Shown: positions 38,990 through 53,664, counted from the whole stretch's first letter. The stretch: 62,889 nt of DNA, filler included, from Welwitschia mirabilis (GCA_051453625.1; 4 parts of one record of this genome joined end to end with filler, not necessarily neighbours in it); one strand, 5' to 3'. Made by a program: numbers and translations. The notes: a model not told the origin generated them from the letters alone.

Positions 38990-41099
38990 TTGTGAAAAAT
39001 TTAGCAATAGGTTAAATTTTAAAAGATTTAAAGAAAATAAAACATGATAAGGAAGAAGAAAGAGAGACTCAATCAACCTCATGAAAGATTTTACTACTAC
39101 TTTAGAGAAGTATACACAAATGATAGTTGATGCAAAAGGAGTAAAGAATGAAAATCAACTTAAAATTGTGAAATTTGTGAAGGCGACTCTTATTCAATGA
39201 AAGAATGCCTTTTGTTACTAACTTGTAAAGAAAGGATATTTAAGGAAGTTTGTGCCTTCAACTAAAGAATACCTAATTTTAAAGGCAAACCACAATTTCA
39301 ATAAAGATTGGGTGAACAATCTCAATTAAAACCTTTTGAAAATAGATTTAAAAATTTAAATTTTTAACAAAATCAAAATAATCTGCTCAAGGAATCCATA
39401 GAGGAGTTAAAGAGAATGCAAGATAAGACCAACAACTTAAATTTTTAACAAAATTAAAATAATATACTCAAGGAATCCATAGAGGAATTAAAGAGAATGC
39501 AAGATAAGACCAACAATAATATTGAAAGAACCAATAACAACATTGAAAAGACTAATAGAAATATTGAAAGCTTAGTAAATGTGCTTTAAAAACGATGCTT
39601 GTCAACTAAAGATCACAAGGATTTCTTGCATTTTAATCATTGCCTAACTCAAATGAAGTTAAGAGAGATTTGAAAATAATAATAAGAAATGGAAATGATA
39701 TAACACCTCGTGAGGTTTCAACTTTTAAAAATAATGAAATGAATGAGGAATATGATGTAAAAATTTTAGATTCATACAACCTTTTATTAACATCATCTAC
39801 TAAATCCACCACTAAAAATATTTAACAAGAAAATAAAGAAAAGAAATCATCCACTCCTTGGCTTGATTGATTGAATATAAATCCTACCTTTAATGAACAC
39901 CTAAAAGCTTTGATGCAAGATATAAATATCAACTTATCCTTTTAGAAACTCTTGTAAGAAAATCCTAAATATTCTAGGTTATGAAAGGATTTAGTAATAA
40001 GAAAGCAAAAATGTATAATTCCTAGCAAATTTTTTCTTGCTTAATCTCTTGCCAACTTAGTCATGAAAAATGTCCTAAATTTAAAGACCATAGGGCTGCA
40101 ACTGTGAGTGTAAAAAAGAATTCAAAAATCTTTAATTGACATAAAAGCAAGTGTAAACATCAGCCCTCTTCCCATATGTAAGAGACTTGGGTTACAAAAT
40201 AGATAGAACCTACACCAATAATATTGGAATTAGCTAATACCTTAATCAAGAAACTATTAGGAATTATCAAAGACCTAGTTATCCAAATTAAGGAAGCCTT
40301 TTATCTTATAGATGTTGTCATCATTGAGATAGAACATGATGGAGGATATCCACTTCTTTTAGGAAGAGCCTTTTGTGCAATTATCCATTGTATCATCGAC
40401 ATACGATCCAGGATGATGAGATACCATTTTGACAACAGACGAATTACCATTAGAGTTTTTGATGTTGATACAGGAACTGAGTTTAACTTTAAAGATGAAT
40501 TAAAACCAACCTTCTTTTTAGAACATTGACTAATTGAAGAGAGATTAATCATGCTACATGAGCCAACTTTGTATGATAACCCCATTACAACATACTGTCT
40601 TGAGTCTGAGAATGAAGAACACACATATTAGGAAGAAACTCAACATTTTTATTTCGTAGAAAAAAATTTATAGAGTACCATCCCATGTATGTCTTTCTTA
40701 TGATGAATGGGTGATAGCCCCAAATACCATCCTTAAACTTAAGAAACTACTCCAAGGTTTAAATTATATTTTTCTTTCCAAAAAACAAATGAAACCCCTG
40801 ATAATGAGTGGCCTTTTTACTCCTCAATAAGAATCAAACTTTATCTCACTCTTAATTTTGAAAGAAATTAACTTTGGTTGGACACATAAAGACTTAGCTA
40901 CCATTCCTCTTTCCATGATTTGACATAAGATTTACCTCGAAGATAATGCTAAACTTGTTAGACAACCCTAAAAAAGACTCAATTTGTCCCTTAAACAAAT
41001 CATTAAAGATGAAATCATTAAACTTATGGATGCCAAAATCATATATGCCATATTCAATAAGTGGGTTAGTCCTTTAATAATAGTTCCAAAGAAGGGGGA
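38990..41099 (+). pseudogene. Athila-like gag C-terminus, protease and RT start
   Basis: Colinear with 21390-23400; ORF 40224-40529 (GIIKDLVIQI..PLLLGRAF); ends at WVSPLIIVPKKG. Confidence 0.85.
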
Positions 41100-41199
41100 N
41101 NNNNNNNNNNNNNNNNNNNNNNNNNNNNNNNNNNNNNNNNNNNTTAATTAATTAANNNNNNNNNNNNNNNNNNNNNNNNNNNNNNNNNNNNNNNNNNNN

Positions 41200-44100
41200 G
41201 ACTAAGGAAAGATCTAACTTGTTTGACATTAGTTAAATGGCTAAGGCTTTTAATGATATTAACTTTTGTGAGGCTTATCCTAATCCCTTATTTTGAAATG
41301 TGATGTCTTAAAATAATTTCATGATTTACAAGGAGAAAAATATTTTTCCAACTCAAATATAAGCCACTCTCTATACGTTAATCTAAACCTTTTTCTAATC
41401 TCTCTATGGTTTGTTCAAAAGTATCACAAAAAATAGAGAATTCATCCATAAATATTTTAATATAATCCTCTATCATGTTAGAAAAAATCCCCATCATAAC
41501 TTGGTGGAATGTTCCAAGGGCATTGCAAAGTCCAAAGGACATTCATCTAAAATCAAATGTTCTAAAGGGCGAGGTAAAAGTTATTTTAGCTTAGGGTCTT
41601 TACTTGTTATAAAAATTTGATTATAGCCACTATACCCATTATGAAAAGAGTTGTAGGCATGACCTTGGATTCTATCAATTACTTGATTAAGAAAAGGTAA
41701 AGAACAATGATCCTTTTTAGTGATCTCATTAACTTTTCTAAAATTAAGGCACAATTTCCATTTTCCCCCTTCTTTAGAACTACTGTTAAAGAACCAGCTG
41801 ATTTACTATTGGATATGACATATATGATTTTGACATTTATAAGTTTAGTGATTTCATATTTAATGATTTATTTAAGGGCTAGATTAATCCTTCTTTGGGA
41901 CTACCTAGCAGGTTTAGCATTATCTTTAAGGTAACTCTTATATTAAACTATAAAAAGAGGAATGGTAGCTAAGTCTTTATGTGTCCAAACAAAGACATTT
42001 TCTTTTAAAGTTAAGAGTGAGAGCAAGTTTGATTCTTATTGAGGAGTAAAACTATCACTGATTATTAAGGGTTTTATTTGATTATTAGATAGAAAAATGT
42101 ATTTTAGATCTTGGGGTCATTTCTTCAGTTCAAAGTTAAAATTTTTAGTTGTCATTCCATTTGTCATGAAGGCGATATACATGGGACAATACTATATAAA
42201 AAGTTTTTTTTACCAAATAAATGTATTAAATTTCTCCCTAGCTAGTATGTTTTTCATCCTCATACTCAAGATAGTGTGTTCTAGTTGGGTTATCGTATAA
42301 AGTTGTTTCATGTAGCATGATCAATCTCTCCTTAATTAGTTGATGTCATAATAATAAGGTTGGTTTTAGTTCATCTTTTAATTTAAACTTATTTCTTGTG
42401 TTCTTTTCAGTAGTATCAAAAACTCTAATAGTAAACTATTTATTGCCAAAATGACATCCCCTCATCTTGGATCATGTGCCAATGATACAATAAGTAGTTG
42501 CATAAAATGCTCTTCCTAAAAAAATTGGATAACCTCCAACATGTTTTCTATTGATGATGATAATATTTATGGGATAAAAAGCTTCCATAATTTAAATAAC
42601 TAGGCTTTTGATAATTCCTAATGGTTTTGTGATTAAGGTGTTAGCTAATTTCAAGATAATTCATGTAGGTTATATTCTATTTTCCAACCCAAATATCTTG
42701 CATATGTGGAAAGGTATGGTGTTTAAACTTGCTCCTATGTTAATTAAAGATTTTTGAATTCTTTTATTTTGTTTTAAGATAACACTCATAGTTATATCTC
42801 TAGGATCTTTAAATTTAAAACACTTTTTTATGACTAAGTTGGAAAGAGATTAAGTAAGAAAAAATTTGCTAGAAATGATATGTTTCCTTTTTCTTTTCAC
42901 TAAGTCCTTCCACAACCTAGAATATTTATGATTTTCTTACAAGAGCTTCCAAAAAGGAAAGTTGATGTTTACTTCTTGCATTAAACTTTTTAAATGTTCA
43001 TCAAGGGTAGAATTTACTTTTAATCAATCAAGCCAAGGAGTGGATGGTTTTTTCCATTTGTTTTCTTTTAAGGAATTTCAAGTGGAGTTCTTAGAAGGTG
43101 ATGTTAATGGAAAGTTGTATGAGTCCAAAATTTCTACATCATCTTCTTCATGCATTTCATTATTTTAGAAGTTAAAATGTTATGGGTAGAAGGTGTTGTA
43201 GTATTTTTGCTTCATGTTATTACTTCTAAATTTTTTTTTTTAACTTTATTTGGGTTGGGTAAAGGTTGAGATGCAAGATATCTTTATGGTATTTGATTGG
43301 CAAGCATTATTTGTTAAAGCTCATTCACTAAATTTTCAATTTCTCTATTAGCTTTTTTTTGCACATTTCTCATTTCTTCTATAGATTCTCTAGGGGAATT
43401 ATTCTAATTTTGTTGGAAGTTAAAATTATTTGTTGAAATTTAATTTCTAAATCTATTTTAAAGAGGTTTCCATTGTGATTATACATCTAATTTTTATTGA
43501 AATTATGTTGGTTTTTAAAGTTAGGTGCTCTTTGGTTAAATGCATAAACTTCCTTAAACATCCTCTCCTTACAAGTTGGCAATAATGGATACTCTTTAGA
43601 TGGATGAGAGTTATCTTCTCAAATTTTACAATTTGAAATTGAGTTTTTATTCTTTACTACTTTTTCATCAACTATCATTTATGTATACTTCTCTAAAGTG
43701 GTAATAAAATCTTTTAACAAGTTGGTTAAATACTCTCTTTTTTCTTTCTTGTCATGTTTAACCNNNNNNNNNNNNNNNNNNNNNNNNNNNNNNNNNNNNN
43801 NNNNNNNNNNNNNNNNNNNNNNNNNNNNNNNNNNNNNNNNNNNNNNNNNNNNNNNNNNNNNNNNNNNNNNNNNNNNNNNNNNNNNNNNNNNNNNNNNNNN
43901 NNNNNNNNNNNNNNNNNNNNNNNNNNNNNNNNNNNNNNNNNNNNNNNNNNNNNNNNNNNNNNNNNNNNNNNNNNNNNNNNNNNNNNNNNNNNNNNNNNNN
44001 NNNNNNNNNNNNNNNNNNNNNNNNNNNNNNNNNNNNNNNNNNNNNNNNNNNNNNATTAATTACCCCTTTTTTTCTTTTTCTCATGAAACTTTCAATCAAA

Positions 44101-45368
44101 AATCATTTGATAAACACTTCTTGCACTTGACTCTAAGATTTAGGACTTTTATGTGGAATGGTTTTAAGCCAAATGTTTGGCTTTTCTCTAAGTATGACAG
44201 GAAAGATAATCATGTGGGTATGGTTACTAATACATTTATTTCCATTTTCCAAGGTAAGCACAATTTATTCAATATTAGATAAATGTTGGAAAGGGTCTTC
44301 CTAAGGTTCCCCTAAAAGGTTGGATATGAACATAAATTTCTTAATTTTACATTATCTCTAAAAGATAAATCAAGAGGATTTTGAATTTCATGTTTTCTAT
44401 TGATAATTAAATCTTTAAGAGTAACATTTGCATTTAAGGAAGAAGTTTCTATTACGATTGGGGTATTAGACAAAGCAACTTGCTTTTATTTTTGTGATGA
44501 TTTCAATATATTTGACATATTTGAAGAAGAAATACCATGATCTACTTCTATATTATATTGAAAAATATAATTCTAAAATAGTATAAGTAGAAAAATCTTC
44601 TTTTTTATTCTAGAAATTTACATATCTAGCATGTGTGTATCTAGATTTAGCTCAAAGTTGAATAATCCTTCTCTGATGTTTTCTTTAATCAAGTTCTTCT
44701 CTATCTAATATTTCATCTTTCTACTAGAATTCACCATGTGCTTGCATGCTTAGAAAGTAAACAAAAAATAAAATAAAAAATAATAGACTCATCCACCTGG
44801 TCATGGAGACGATAAGGAGAATGAAGATCATAGTAATAGAAAACCAAAACTTAGAAAATGATTAAAAGAAAAAAAATAGACTATCATCCAAACTATCATG
44901 GGTATGATAGAGAAGACAATAGTACTTTTATTATCAAATTATGAATAGAAGAGAAATTGTGAGAGTAGAAAATAATTTTAAAATTTTAAAACTATCATGT
45001 CCAATGTCATTGGGATGATAGAGAGGATGATAGGGATTCTAAAAAGTACAAAAAATAAAAATTGCTAAAATAAACCTACTCTAAGATACACTAAAAATAC
45101 AACACTATTTTAAATTAATAATTTAAATAGAAAAATCGAGGTACTTATTTGGATAGTGATAATCCTCTAACTCTTTACAACCTTTCCTTGGCATTGAGAT
45201 CAAAATTTTGTGGCATGAATTTATGCAATCCTGAAGTCCTTCAAGTAAACCTATAAATCAAATTACTTATAAAAGCACACATGCTAGTATAGATAAGACT
45301 TCACCTGAATGTTATAATCCTAATGAATGCATTAGGCTCAGAGTTAGAAAATTGTTTTCTAAAGGTAT
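41200..45368 (-). mobile_element. Athila-like element fragment: LTR end, PBS, gag, PR and RT
   Basis: Reverse complement gives FMDEFSIF (~41440), MSFGLCNALGTF (~41520), protease (~42500-42750), gag (~43000-44720), PBS at ~45185-45205 and LTR end 45205-45368. Confidence 0.85.
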
Positions 45369-45468
45369 NNNNNNNNNNNNNNNNNNNNNNNNNNNNNNNN
45401 NNNNNNNNNNNNNNNNNNNNNNNNNNNNNNNNNNNNNNNNNNNNNNNNNNNNNNNNNNNNNNNNNNNN

Positions 45469-46404
45469 AATATCTCTATCTCACATTATGCATACACATT
45501 ATTATTTTCTGAGGTATCATTGTTACATTTTATTATTTTTTATATGTGTATAACATTCATTTGTTCTATGATAATGTGTTTAAGTAGGAGGCTTATGAAT
45601 ATGTTAGTATGTATTAGTTAATTATTTTTTGATATGTGTTCTTGCATGATTAAGTTAAACTCAAATTACATTTTTCTAGTTACTGTTTACCTTAGTTAAA
45701 TTGACTCATAATGTAGTTGATAGCTTACTTTATTAGGAACTGATAAGGCTAAATAGAGGGCTATATTATAATGTTAATTTGTAAGAATTTGATGGTGTAT
45801 TTTGAGTACCTTTGTAGAACTTTTATACAAGTTTATATGCAATACCAATGATTATGAAGAATAGAAAAGGTAATTACTAAAATATATGATTCTTAGCATA
45901 TTTGAAGGCTTCTCAGGCTTATTTTCATACTTCATATTTTAAAAGAATAATGTACTATATAGAAGACTGATTTATCCTTAAGATTGAATATGAGAAAGCC
46001 TATCGTCCCCTGTGTCATTCCTACAATAAGCAAGATGATAGCACTATTAACATGGATGGAGGATGTGGGGTTGACAGCAGGAACTAAAGTTAATCGAGCA
46101 CATTTTGACATATAGTGATGTCTCCTCTGTCATCATCATGATAGTTAAGATGATAGATATTTTTTATGATATAAAGAATTATCTTTGTAATGGGGTCATA
46201 TGACCTTTTTGAGCTACTAGAATTTATTCTTGGACTTCTAGGTTTAAGCTTTTAGAACTTCAATGTAAAACTATAAATAACCTTTCTTTCCTTCACTTCT
46301 ATTTTTATCTTTTATCCTCAACGTTCTTATGATAGAAGATTGAAGGACAGGAGGTCTATCTAGTAGTTATAAAAAGAAATCCCCTTAGTATTGGGCTATG
46401 TATC
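45469..46404 (+). mobile_element. 3' internal end, PPT and truncated LTR (from 45764) of an Athila-family element
   Basis: Matches 15200-15360; PPT AAGGCTAAATAGAGGGCTA followed by TATTATAATGTTAATTTG. Confidence 0.75.
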
Positions 46405-47653
46405 TATTACAGTATAAATTTATTCAATCCTAAAGTCCTTTAGGTAAACTTATAATCAAATTATTTATAGAAAAACACATGCTAGTATAGATAAGAGTTC
46501 ATTGAATGTTATAATTCTAATGATGACACTAGTCTCAGAGTTAAAGAATTGATTTCCAAAGGTTTTATTAATTTTTTTATCTTTTAATAACTAAAAGTAA
46601 ATAATAAAGTAAAATATAATGCAAAGTAAATAGAGATGAAATGCAATTTAAAGTATAATGGATTCTATTAGATCCTAATTTTCCTGTCATAAAACTAACT
46701 TCTCTATAATTTAAATCAATTAAGAATAGTACTTTAGTTATTTCTAATCGACATGAACTATGAGATATATCAAATAGAATATGGAATACAATGTTGAATG
46801 AAAATGAAATAAACAATGCAAATCTAAACTAACTGAATCAACCTTGACAAAGATTATCATTATGATCTAAATAAATTACAAACTTGTCACTTAAGATATA
46901 ACTAAATTAAGCTATAACTAACTTAAACCATAAGGGACATAAATAGAATTAGAATAAAAAGATTAATTGTATTGATTAATAAAATTTTACATCCACTTAT
47001 AATAAGTTAATAGTACCTTAATGGAAGAGGCTCAGCCTAACACTAAGGCAACTTTCTTTATAACTAGTGGATGGATCTCTTATAGTTCAATCTTTTATCA
47101 TGAGCATATAAGATACAAAAGATGAAAAGAGAAGGTGTATTTATAGTTTTACATTGAAGTTGTAGAAGCTCAACCCTAAAAGTTGGAAAAAAATCCCTAA
47201 CAGCCCAAATGGGTTGCATGGCCCCTTGACAAAGATAAATTATTCTAATCATAGAAAAACATTTATCATCCTAACTATCGTGGGGATGATAGAGGGGATG
47301 TAATTCTATGTTAGAAGGTACTTCATCAGCTTTAGGATCTACTATCAACCCCACAGCTTCTGTTCATATCATAGTGTTGTTGTCATATTAGTCATGGGAA
47401 TGATAGATGGGACAATAGGCTTATTCATCTTCAATCTTAAAGGTAAATTAGTTTTTAGCATAATACATTCTTTTTCAAGGTATGAAGTATTAGAATAAGT
47501 TGAAAAGCCTTCAAAATATTATAATAATTGCATGTTTTAGTGATCAGCTTGTCTATTCTCCATAATCATTAGTATTACATCTAAACTTGTATAAACATCC
47601 TATAAAAGTACTTAAGATACACTATCAAATTCCTACAACTCAGCATTGTAATA
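46405..47653 (-). repeat. Complete inverted Athila-family solo-type LTR
   Basis: Both termini are present (TATTACAGTATAAATTT... and ...CAGCATTGTAATA). No adjacent PBS or PPT. Confidence 0.78.
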
Positions 47654-48094
47654 AGGATGTATACATGAATACTATGAAAAAGATAATCATGATGAGATAG
47701 AATACCCTTGGATGCAAGAATTTCTTTAGTGATTAGATATAAATAGATTGGATTTTAATTCTAATAATAAATTTCAAATAAAAAAGAAACCATAACCTTA
47801 CTAAAGTATAAAATGGGAAAGGAAAAGTGGAAAGAACTTTACAAAGATATGTGAACTTAGAGAGGCAGAAGCAATATGATTATTATAGAAATTAAAAAAA
47901 TAAATACTCAAAAGACCAAAGAGAAAAATTAGAAATGGAAAGAAAGAAAGAAAAATCTCTGTTCAATCCCAACCAAATCCTATAGAGGCAATAAGTAAAG
48001 TAGTAACTACTAGATTTGGGAAACAAAAAGTAACATATAAATCATAGATAAAGAATGATAATTCAAGTAACTTCCAGATAAATAAGAGGAAGAG

Positions 48095-50021
48095 TGTTAT
48101 GATGCCAATTTGTAGGAATTTGATGGTATATTTGAAGTACTTTTGTAGGACATTTATACAGGTTTAGCTGTAATTCTGCTGATTATGAAGAGATGATAAG
48201 ATGATTATGAAAACATGTAATTATTGACATAATTGGAGGTATTTTAGACATGTTCGGATACTTAGCATATTGAAGGAGGACTAAAGGTAAAGAAGACCAA
48301 TTTACACTACTTAAGAATCTTGGGAAGAATGTCGTCCCCACTATTATCCCCACAACAGAGGGGACAACAGCTCATTGTGACAACTACACAGAAGCAACAC
48401 ATGGGTAACACTTGGATAGCAACACATGGTGATGGAGCATCATTCCCTAGTTTGTCTAGATGATAGGTAAGATTACAGATGTGAGTACAACCCATGAGGC
48501 TGATGGTAGCACATGAGCATGTAATCTAAGACATCGTCCCTCCTATCATGTGGATGATAGATAGGACGATAGCATTGGTAACATGCATGGGTAATCCACG
48601 GGAGCACAGGCATACAACCCAAGTTGTTAAGGCAGCGTCATCCCCTATGTCATGTCGAAAACAGACAAGATAATAACTACTTTTATACTATGGCAATAAA
48701 TTTCATTGTAAAGAGTGCTAAACAGGCCATGTGGGTAGATAGGGTTTTTTTTTTATGAATACCTATGNNNNNNNNNNNNNNNNNNNNNNNNNNNNNNNNN
48801 NNNNNNNNNNNNNNNNNNNNNNNNNNNNNNNNNNNNNNNNNNNNNNNNNNNNNNNNNNNNNNNNNNNNNNNNNNNNNNNNNNNNNNNNNNNNNNNNNNNN
48901 NNNNNNNNNNNNNNNNNNNNNNNNNNNNNNNNNNNNNNNNNNNNNNNNNNNNNNNNNNNNNNNNNNNNNNNNNNNNNNNNNNNNNNNNNNNNNNNNNNNN
49001 NNNNNNNNNNNNNNNNNNNNNNNNNNNNNNNNNNNNNNNNNNNNNNNNNNNNNNNNNNNNNNNNNNNNNNNNNNNNNNNNNNNNNNNNNNNNNNNNNNNN
49101 NNNNNNNNNNNNNNNNNNNNNNNNNNNNNNNNNNNNNNNNNNNNNNNNNNNNNNNNNNNNNNNNNNNNNNNNNNNNNNNNNNNNNNNNNNNNNNNNNNNN
49201 NNNNNNNNNNNNNNNNNNNNNNNNNNNNNNNNNNNNNNNNNNNNNNNNNNNNNNNNNNNNNNNNNNNNNNNNNNNNNNNNNNNNNNNNNNNNNNNNNNNN
49301 NNNNNNNNNNNNNNNNNNNNNNNNNNNNNNNNNNNNNNNNNNNNNNNNNNNNNNNNNNNNNNNNNNNNNNNNNNNNNNNNNNNNNNNNNNNNNNNNNNNN
49401 NNNNNNNNNNNNNNNNNNNNNNNNNNNNNNNNNNNNNNNNNNNNNNNNNNNNNNNNNNNNNNNNNNNNNNNNNNNNNNNNNNNNNNNNNNNNNNNNNNNN
49501 NNNNNNNNNNNNNNNNNNNNNNNNNNNNNNNNNNNNNNNNNNNNNNNNNNNNNNNNNNNNNNNNNNNNTAAATCTTTCTGTTTAGATTATTTATTTGAAT
49601 TAATGCTATATTTCTATTATAATTTAAGGTTAAATTTATTTTTACAAAATTTTATTTTCTATAACTTTTAAGAACCCTGTTCTTCTCTTTATCATTCAGA
49701 AGACACAGGGCATGACAGTTCTGAAATTTTGAATTTAGTTTTTATTTTCATAGTTTTTCTTCTATTCATAGTTTAGTAAAACTGTCATCCTATACATCAT
49801 CCACATAACATTAAGGATGACAGTCTTATTTTTAGTAATTTTCTTTCTATAGTTTCTAGAGTTTTATTATTTTTAGAGTTTAGTCTTTCTGTGATTGTCA
49901 TCCTACTCATCATTTCATAATAAGGTGGATGATAGTCCATTGCATTTGGTTCTAGTTTTTGTTTACTATTTGTACATGCAAGGATACAAGGAATTCTGGG
50001 AGAAAAATGAAATATCAGCCA
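48095..50021 (+). mobile_element. Athila-family 5' LTR, leader and gag start (gapped)
   Basis: Starts TGTTATGATGCCAATTTGTAGG; 49570-50021 matches leader 33440-33880. Confidence 0.78.
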
Positions 50022-51089
50022 NNNNNNNNNNNNNNNNNNNNNNNNNNNNNNNNNNNNNNNNNNNNTTAATTAATTAANNNNNNNNNNNNNNNNNNNNNNN
50101 NNNNNNNNNNNNNNNNNNNNNCATATCTTACTTTAACATCTTTATGGGAGCCAATAGGAGGGAATATAATATAATATAATGTCATTATAGTAACTCATGC
50201 AAAAATATGATTAACACACACACACTTAAATTTACACACATACACATACACAACATTTTGGCAGGTTACCTTTTAGTTGCTTCTTTTATAACATATCATA
50301 ATGAATATAATAATATATAAATATAACATACTAAAGAGAATAGCCTATATGCCACTAATTATGTCTCTAGTCTTAATAAACATAGATCAATAGAAGTCAA
50401 AGGATAAATATCACTAATTCAGTGCTTAATTATTTCAATGAACATCATAGAATAACCACTATTATTATATCATTGTATGCATAAGATAACAAGTAACTAC
50501 TTAGAATGTTTAACTCATATGTAAGTACATATAGGAAATTATATTTAAGGGTACATACCTAAAAAGTGTTAAGAATACTAGAAGCAACCATGATCATTAA
50601 AGACTGTGCTTAAATCTACATCATTTTATAACTATAATATTCATACTATAATTGCATTAAATCATACTAAAAGCAATATGATTATTATTTAATACATCTA
50701 ATAATATCTAACATTCATATTACTAACTAACTAAATTTAAGAAATCATTCTATTAAAATAATTATACTGACAATATTATTTGAGAAGTCAAATATGAGTA
50801 TTTAATCTTAGTTAAACACTTTATCTGCATAAATATCACCATCTTAGGAAGGGTGATACAAAATAATAATTCCTTCTATAGAACTTTGAACATAAAAGGT
50901 TAAAAACAAAATGTTTTTGGAAACTTTTTTAATAAAAGGCATTATTTTCCTTTCTATGATATTTGGAAAATAAAACTTGGCCTTCAAGAGATCTAATTCA
51001 TTCTCTTATTATTTCATCTATCATACTTAGCTTTCCATGTATATATTCCTAACATTAACATACTCTTAAAATAAAACATGTTTCCCTTT

Positions 51090-51350
51090 ATAATATATAC
51101 AAGTAATACTATACATATAAGATAGCATAGCATAATATAGTATTATATATATACAAATAATATAATTTATTATCATATAAGATATAGTATAATATATATT
51201 TAAATTATAATATAACATAATATATAATATAATATAATACCATGTAATGCAATACAATACAATACAATATAATATATATGTGATCTAATATATAACATAT
51301 TATATTATGACATAATGTAACATAACATAATATTATGCATAAAATATAAT
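51090..51350. repeat. AT-rich low-complexity (ATATA/AATAC/ACATA) repeat
   Basis: Degenerate pentanucleotide repeats. Confidence 0.75.
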
Positions 51351-53600
51351 AGTAAATAATTGAACCACACTTATGGAATTTACTAAACTATAATGTTAAA
51401 ATTATCATAAAATAAAGCTAAGTGATTGATAGAATGCAAGAGGAAAAATAATGGAGCAAATTAACGAAGGTTAAGAGAAGGTAAGTCATTACATCTTATT
51501 CACAATTTCTTGACAAATAAGTTTGTAGTCATAACTTTTATTATATCTAAGCTCTTAATCAATTTTAAATACAATTTTTGATGCAACATGACATATAAAA
51601 ATTCATAACAATTAAAGAGTTAGAAGAAAATGTTAGTATAGAAATATTAGTGGATATTTTTATTTGATTGTCAATATGAAAACATCATTTAATAATTAAT
51701 AGCTTATTCATCATAGTATAAATACATCCAAATTTCATCTTAGTGTTTTCTAACTAATAAAATAGCAACAATGATTCTTATATTTAAAAATAAATAAGAG
51801 CAAGATGAACCTAATACTATTTGTAATTGCTAAAGGGTTAATTCTAGTTCCCATGAATTTATAAAATTAGGGGAGTCGCAAGGCCTTATTTATGGATTTT
51901 TGCCTTTAAAAATTTAATATGTGTTTTATTATAAATATAGTATAATTACTATATGTGGTATTTTCTTTTTGCAAAGATGAAAAAATATAAATATGTCTTA
52001 GATACAAAATAATTTTTATTAATTATTTGGTAGATCTAATAAAATCTCTTACTCATCAAATGTACTAATTCTGAAGAATTAACTTTTTAATTACTAAATT
52101 TAATACTCTNNNNNNNNNNNNNNNNNNNNNNNNNNNNNNNNNNNNNNNNNNNNNNNNNNNNNNNNNNNNNNNNNNNNNNNNNNNNNNNNNNNNNNNNNNN
52201 NNNNNNNNNAACTTTTTAATTACTAAATTTAATACTCTTTTAGAAATTCATGCATAAAAAACATTATGAATGACAAAATATATTATAATATGTATGTGTA
52301 TATATATATATATATAAATAAAATAAGAAACTTAACATAATGAAAATTTATATAATAAGAAGTTGCTTTTTCTTTTTTGTTTTTTTCCTAACAGATTTCC
52401 CATATAAGATGAAGTAAAATGTGGGACAAATAGATAATTTATTGAATATACACAGTGGTACATTTATCTATAAAGGAACAAGAAGAAAAATTTATAGAAA
52501 CTCCATTGATTTTAAGCACATCAGAAACTAAGGAATTACAAAATATTAGAGGAAGCTCAAATTCTAAAGTTTGATGTTCAAGAAAAAATAGGTCCTTGGG
52601 GTCTTTTACATAGAGATATGATTAGGGAGTGATGCAATGAAACTACAAAAATCTTTGAAATAAGTAGACTAACTAATATAAGAAAAATGAAAATCTTTTG
52701 GAGGAATCATCTACAATAAGCAGAGATAAAAGAGATAGGCGACTAAGATCCAAATCTAAGTTAGAAGATATTATCAAACATACATTTTTTTAAACTATCA
52801 CAAATATTAGAAGAAGATCTAAAACAGTTTTACTAAATTTGTTAAAAAAGGGTGGATCTACTAATAAGAGAATGTTTAGGAATTTATTCTGAAGAAATTA
52901 TATGTTCAAGGATGAATAAAAATTTTGCATTGTAATATTCCTCTAATCTAAACCTTTAAATTCATTTAATGTAAAATTTATATAAAACCATAGATAAAAG
53001 GGGCACTTGACTTACATAATTCAAGTTCACTACTATAGAACTCATCATTCTAGATAAGGCAGGTAAAACTTCTAGAATCCCATTAAGATTACACTATAAG
53101 TGCATTGAGAATGTTTCCTTAGACAAGCAGATTCTCATTCATAGTCCATTTGGAATTCTTATTCCAAAATTTCTAAAAATAAAATCCTTTCTTCTTGTCT
53201 ACTTTTAGCATTACATTAGGAAAAAGCAAATTGGATTCTATGGTGATTTATAAAAGAGAGGCTTATTGCATGATAAAAAGTGCATTTTCTTATTCTTGCA
53301 TTTTAGTGTACTTCTAGAAATTCTACTTATTCTTTAAATTTCCTCTATTTTCATTGCTCTACAAATGATTCTGGGAATGGAATAGAATGCAAGATCTAAT
53401 CTCTCACTTTTCTCTATAATTTTCTTATCCCACCTATATTTTTATCCTATTAAAAAGAACTGAGAACTGAGAAAATGATGAGATCCTAGGAAAATGTAGT
53501 GATAAAGGAAAAGACGACTTCAAAATAGTTAAGAAATCATGCTAAGAAAGGAAAAAAAAAAAAGAGGTTTCCAATTGATTCGTTCCCTATACCTTCCTTC

Positions 53601-53664
<64 letters not shown>

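Noticed and set aside
38990..45368. Large apparent inverted repeat of two gag-pol fragments facing each other
   Set aside because: The junction is a linker gap between contigs, so adjacency and orientation are unverified.
53220..53460. Minus-strand IPRIICRAMKIEE, faintly like a LINE ORF2 C-terminus
   Set aside because: The key Trp residues are absent; too weak to call.
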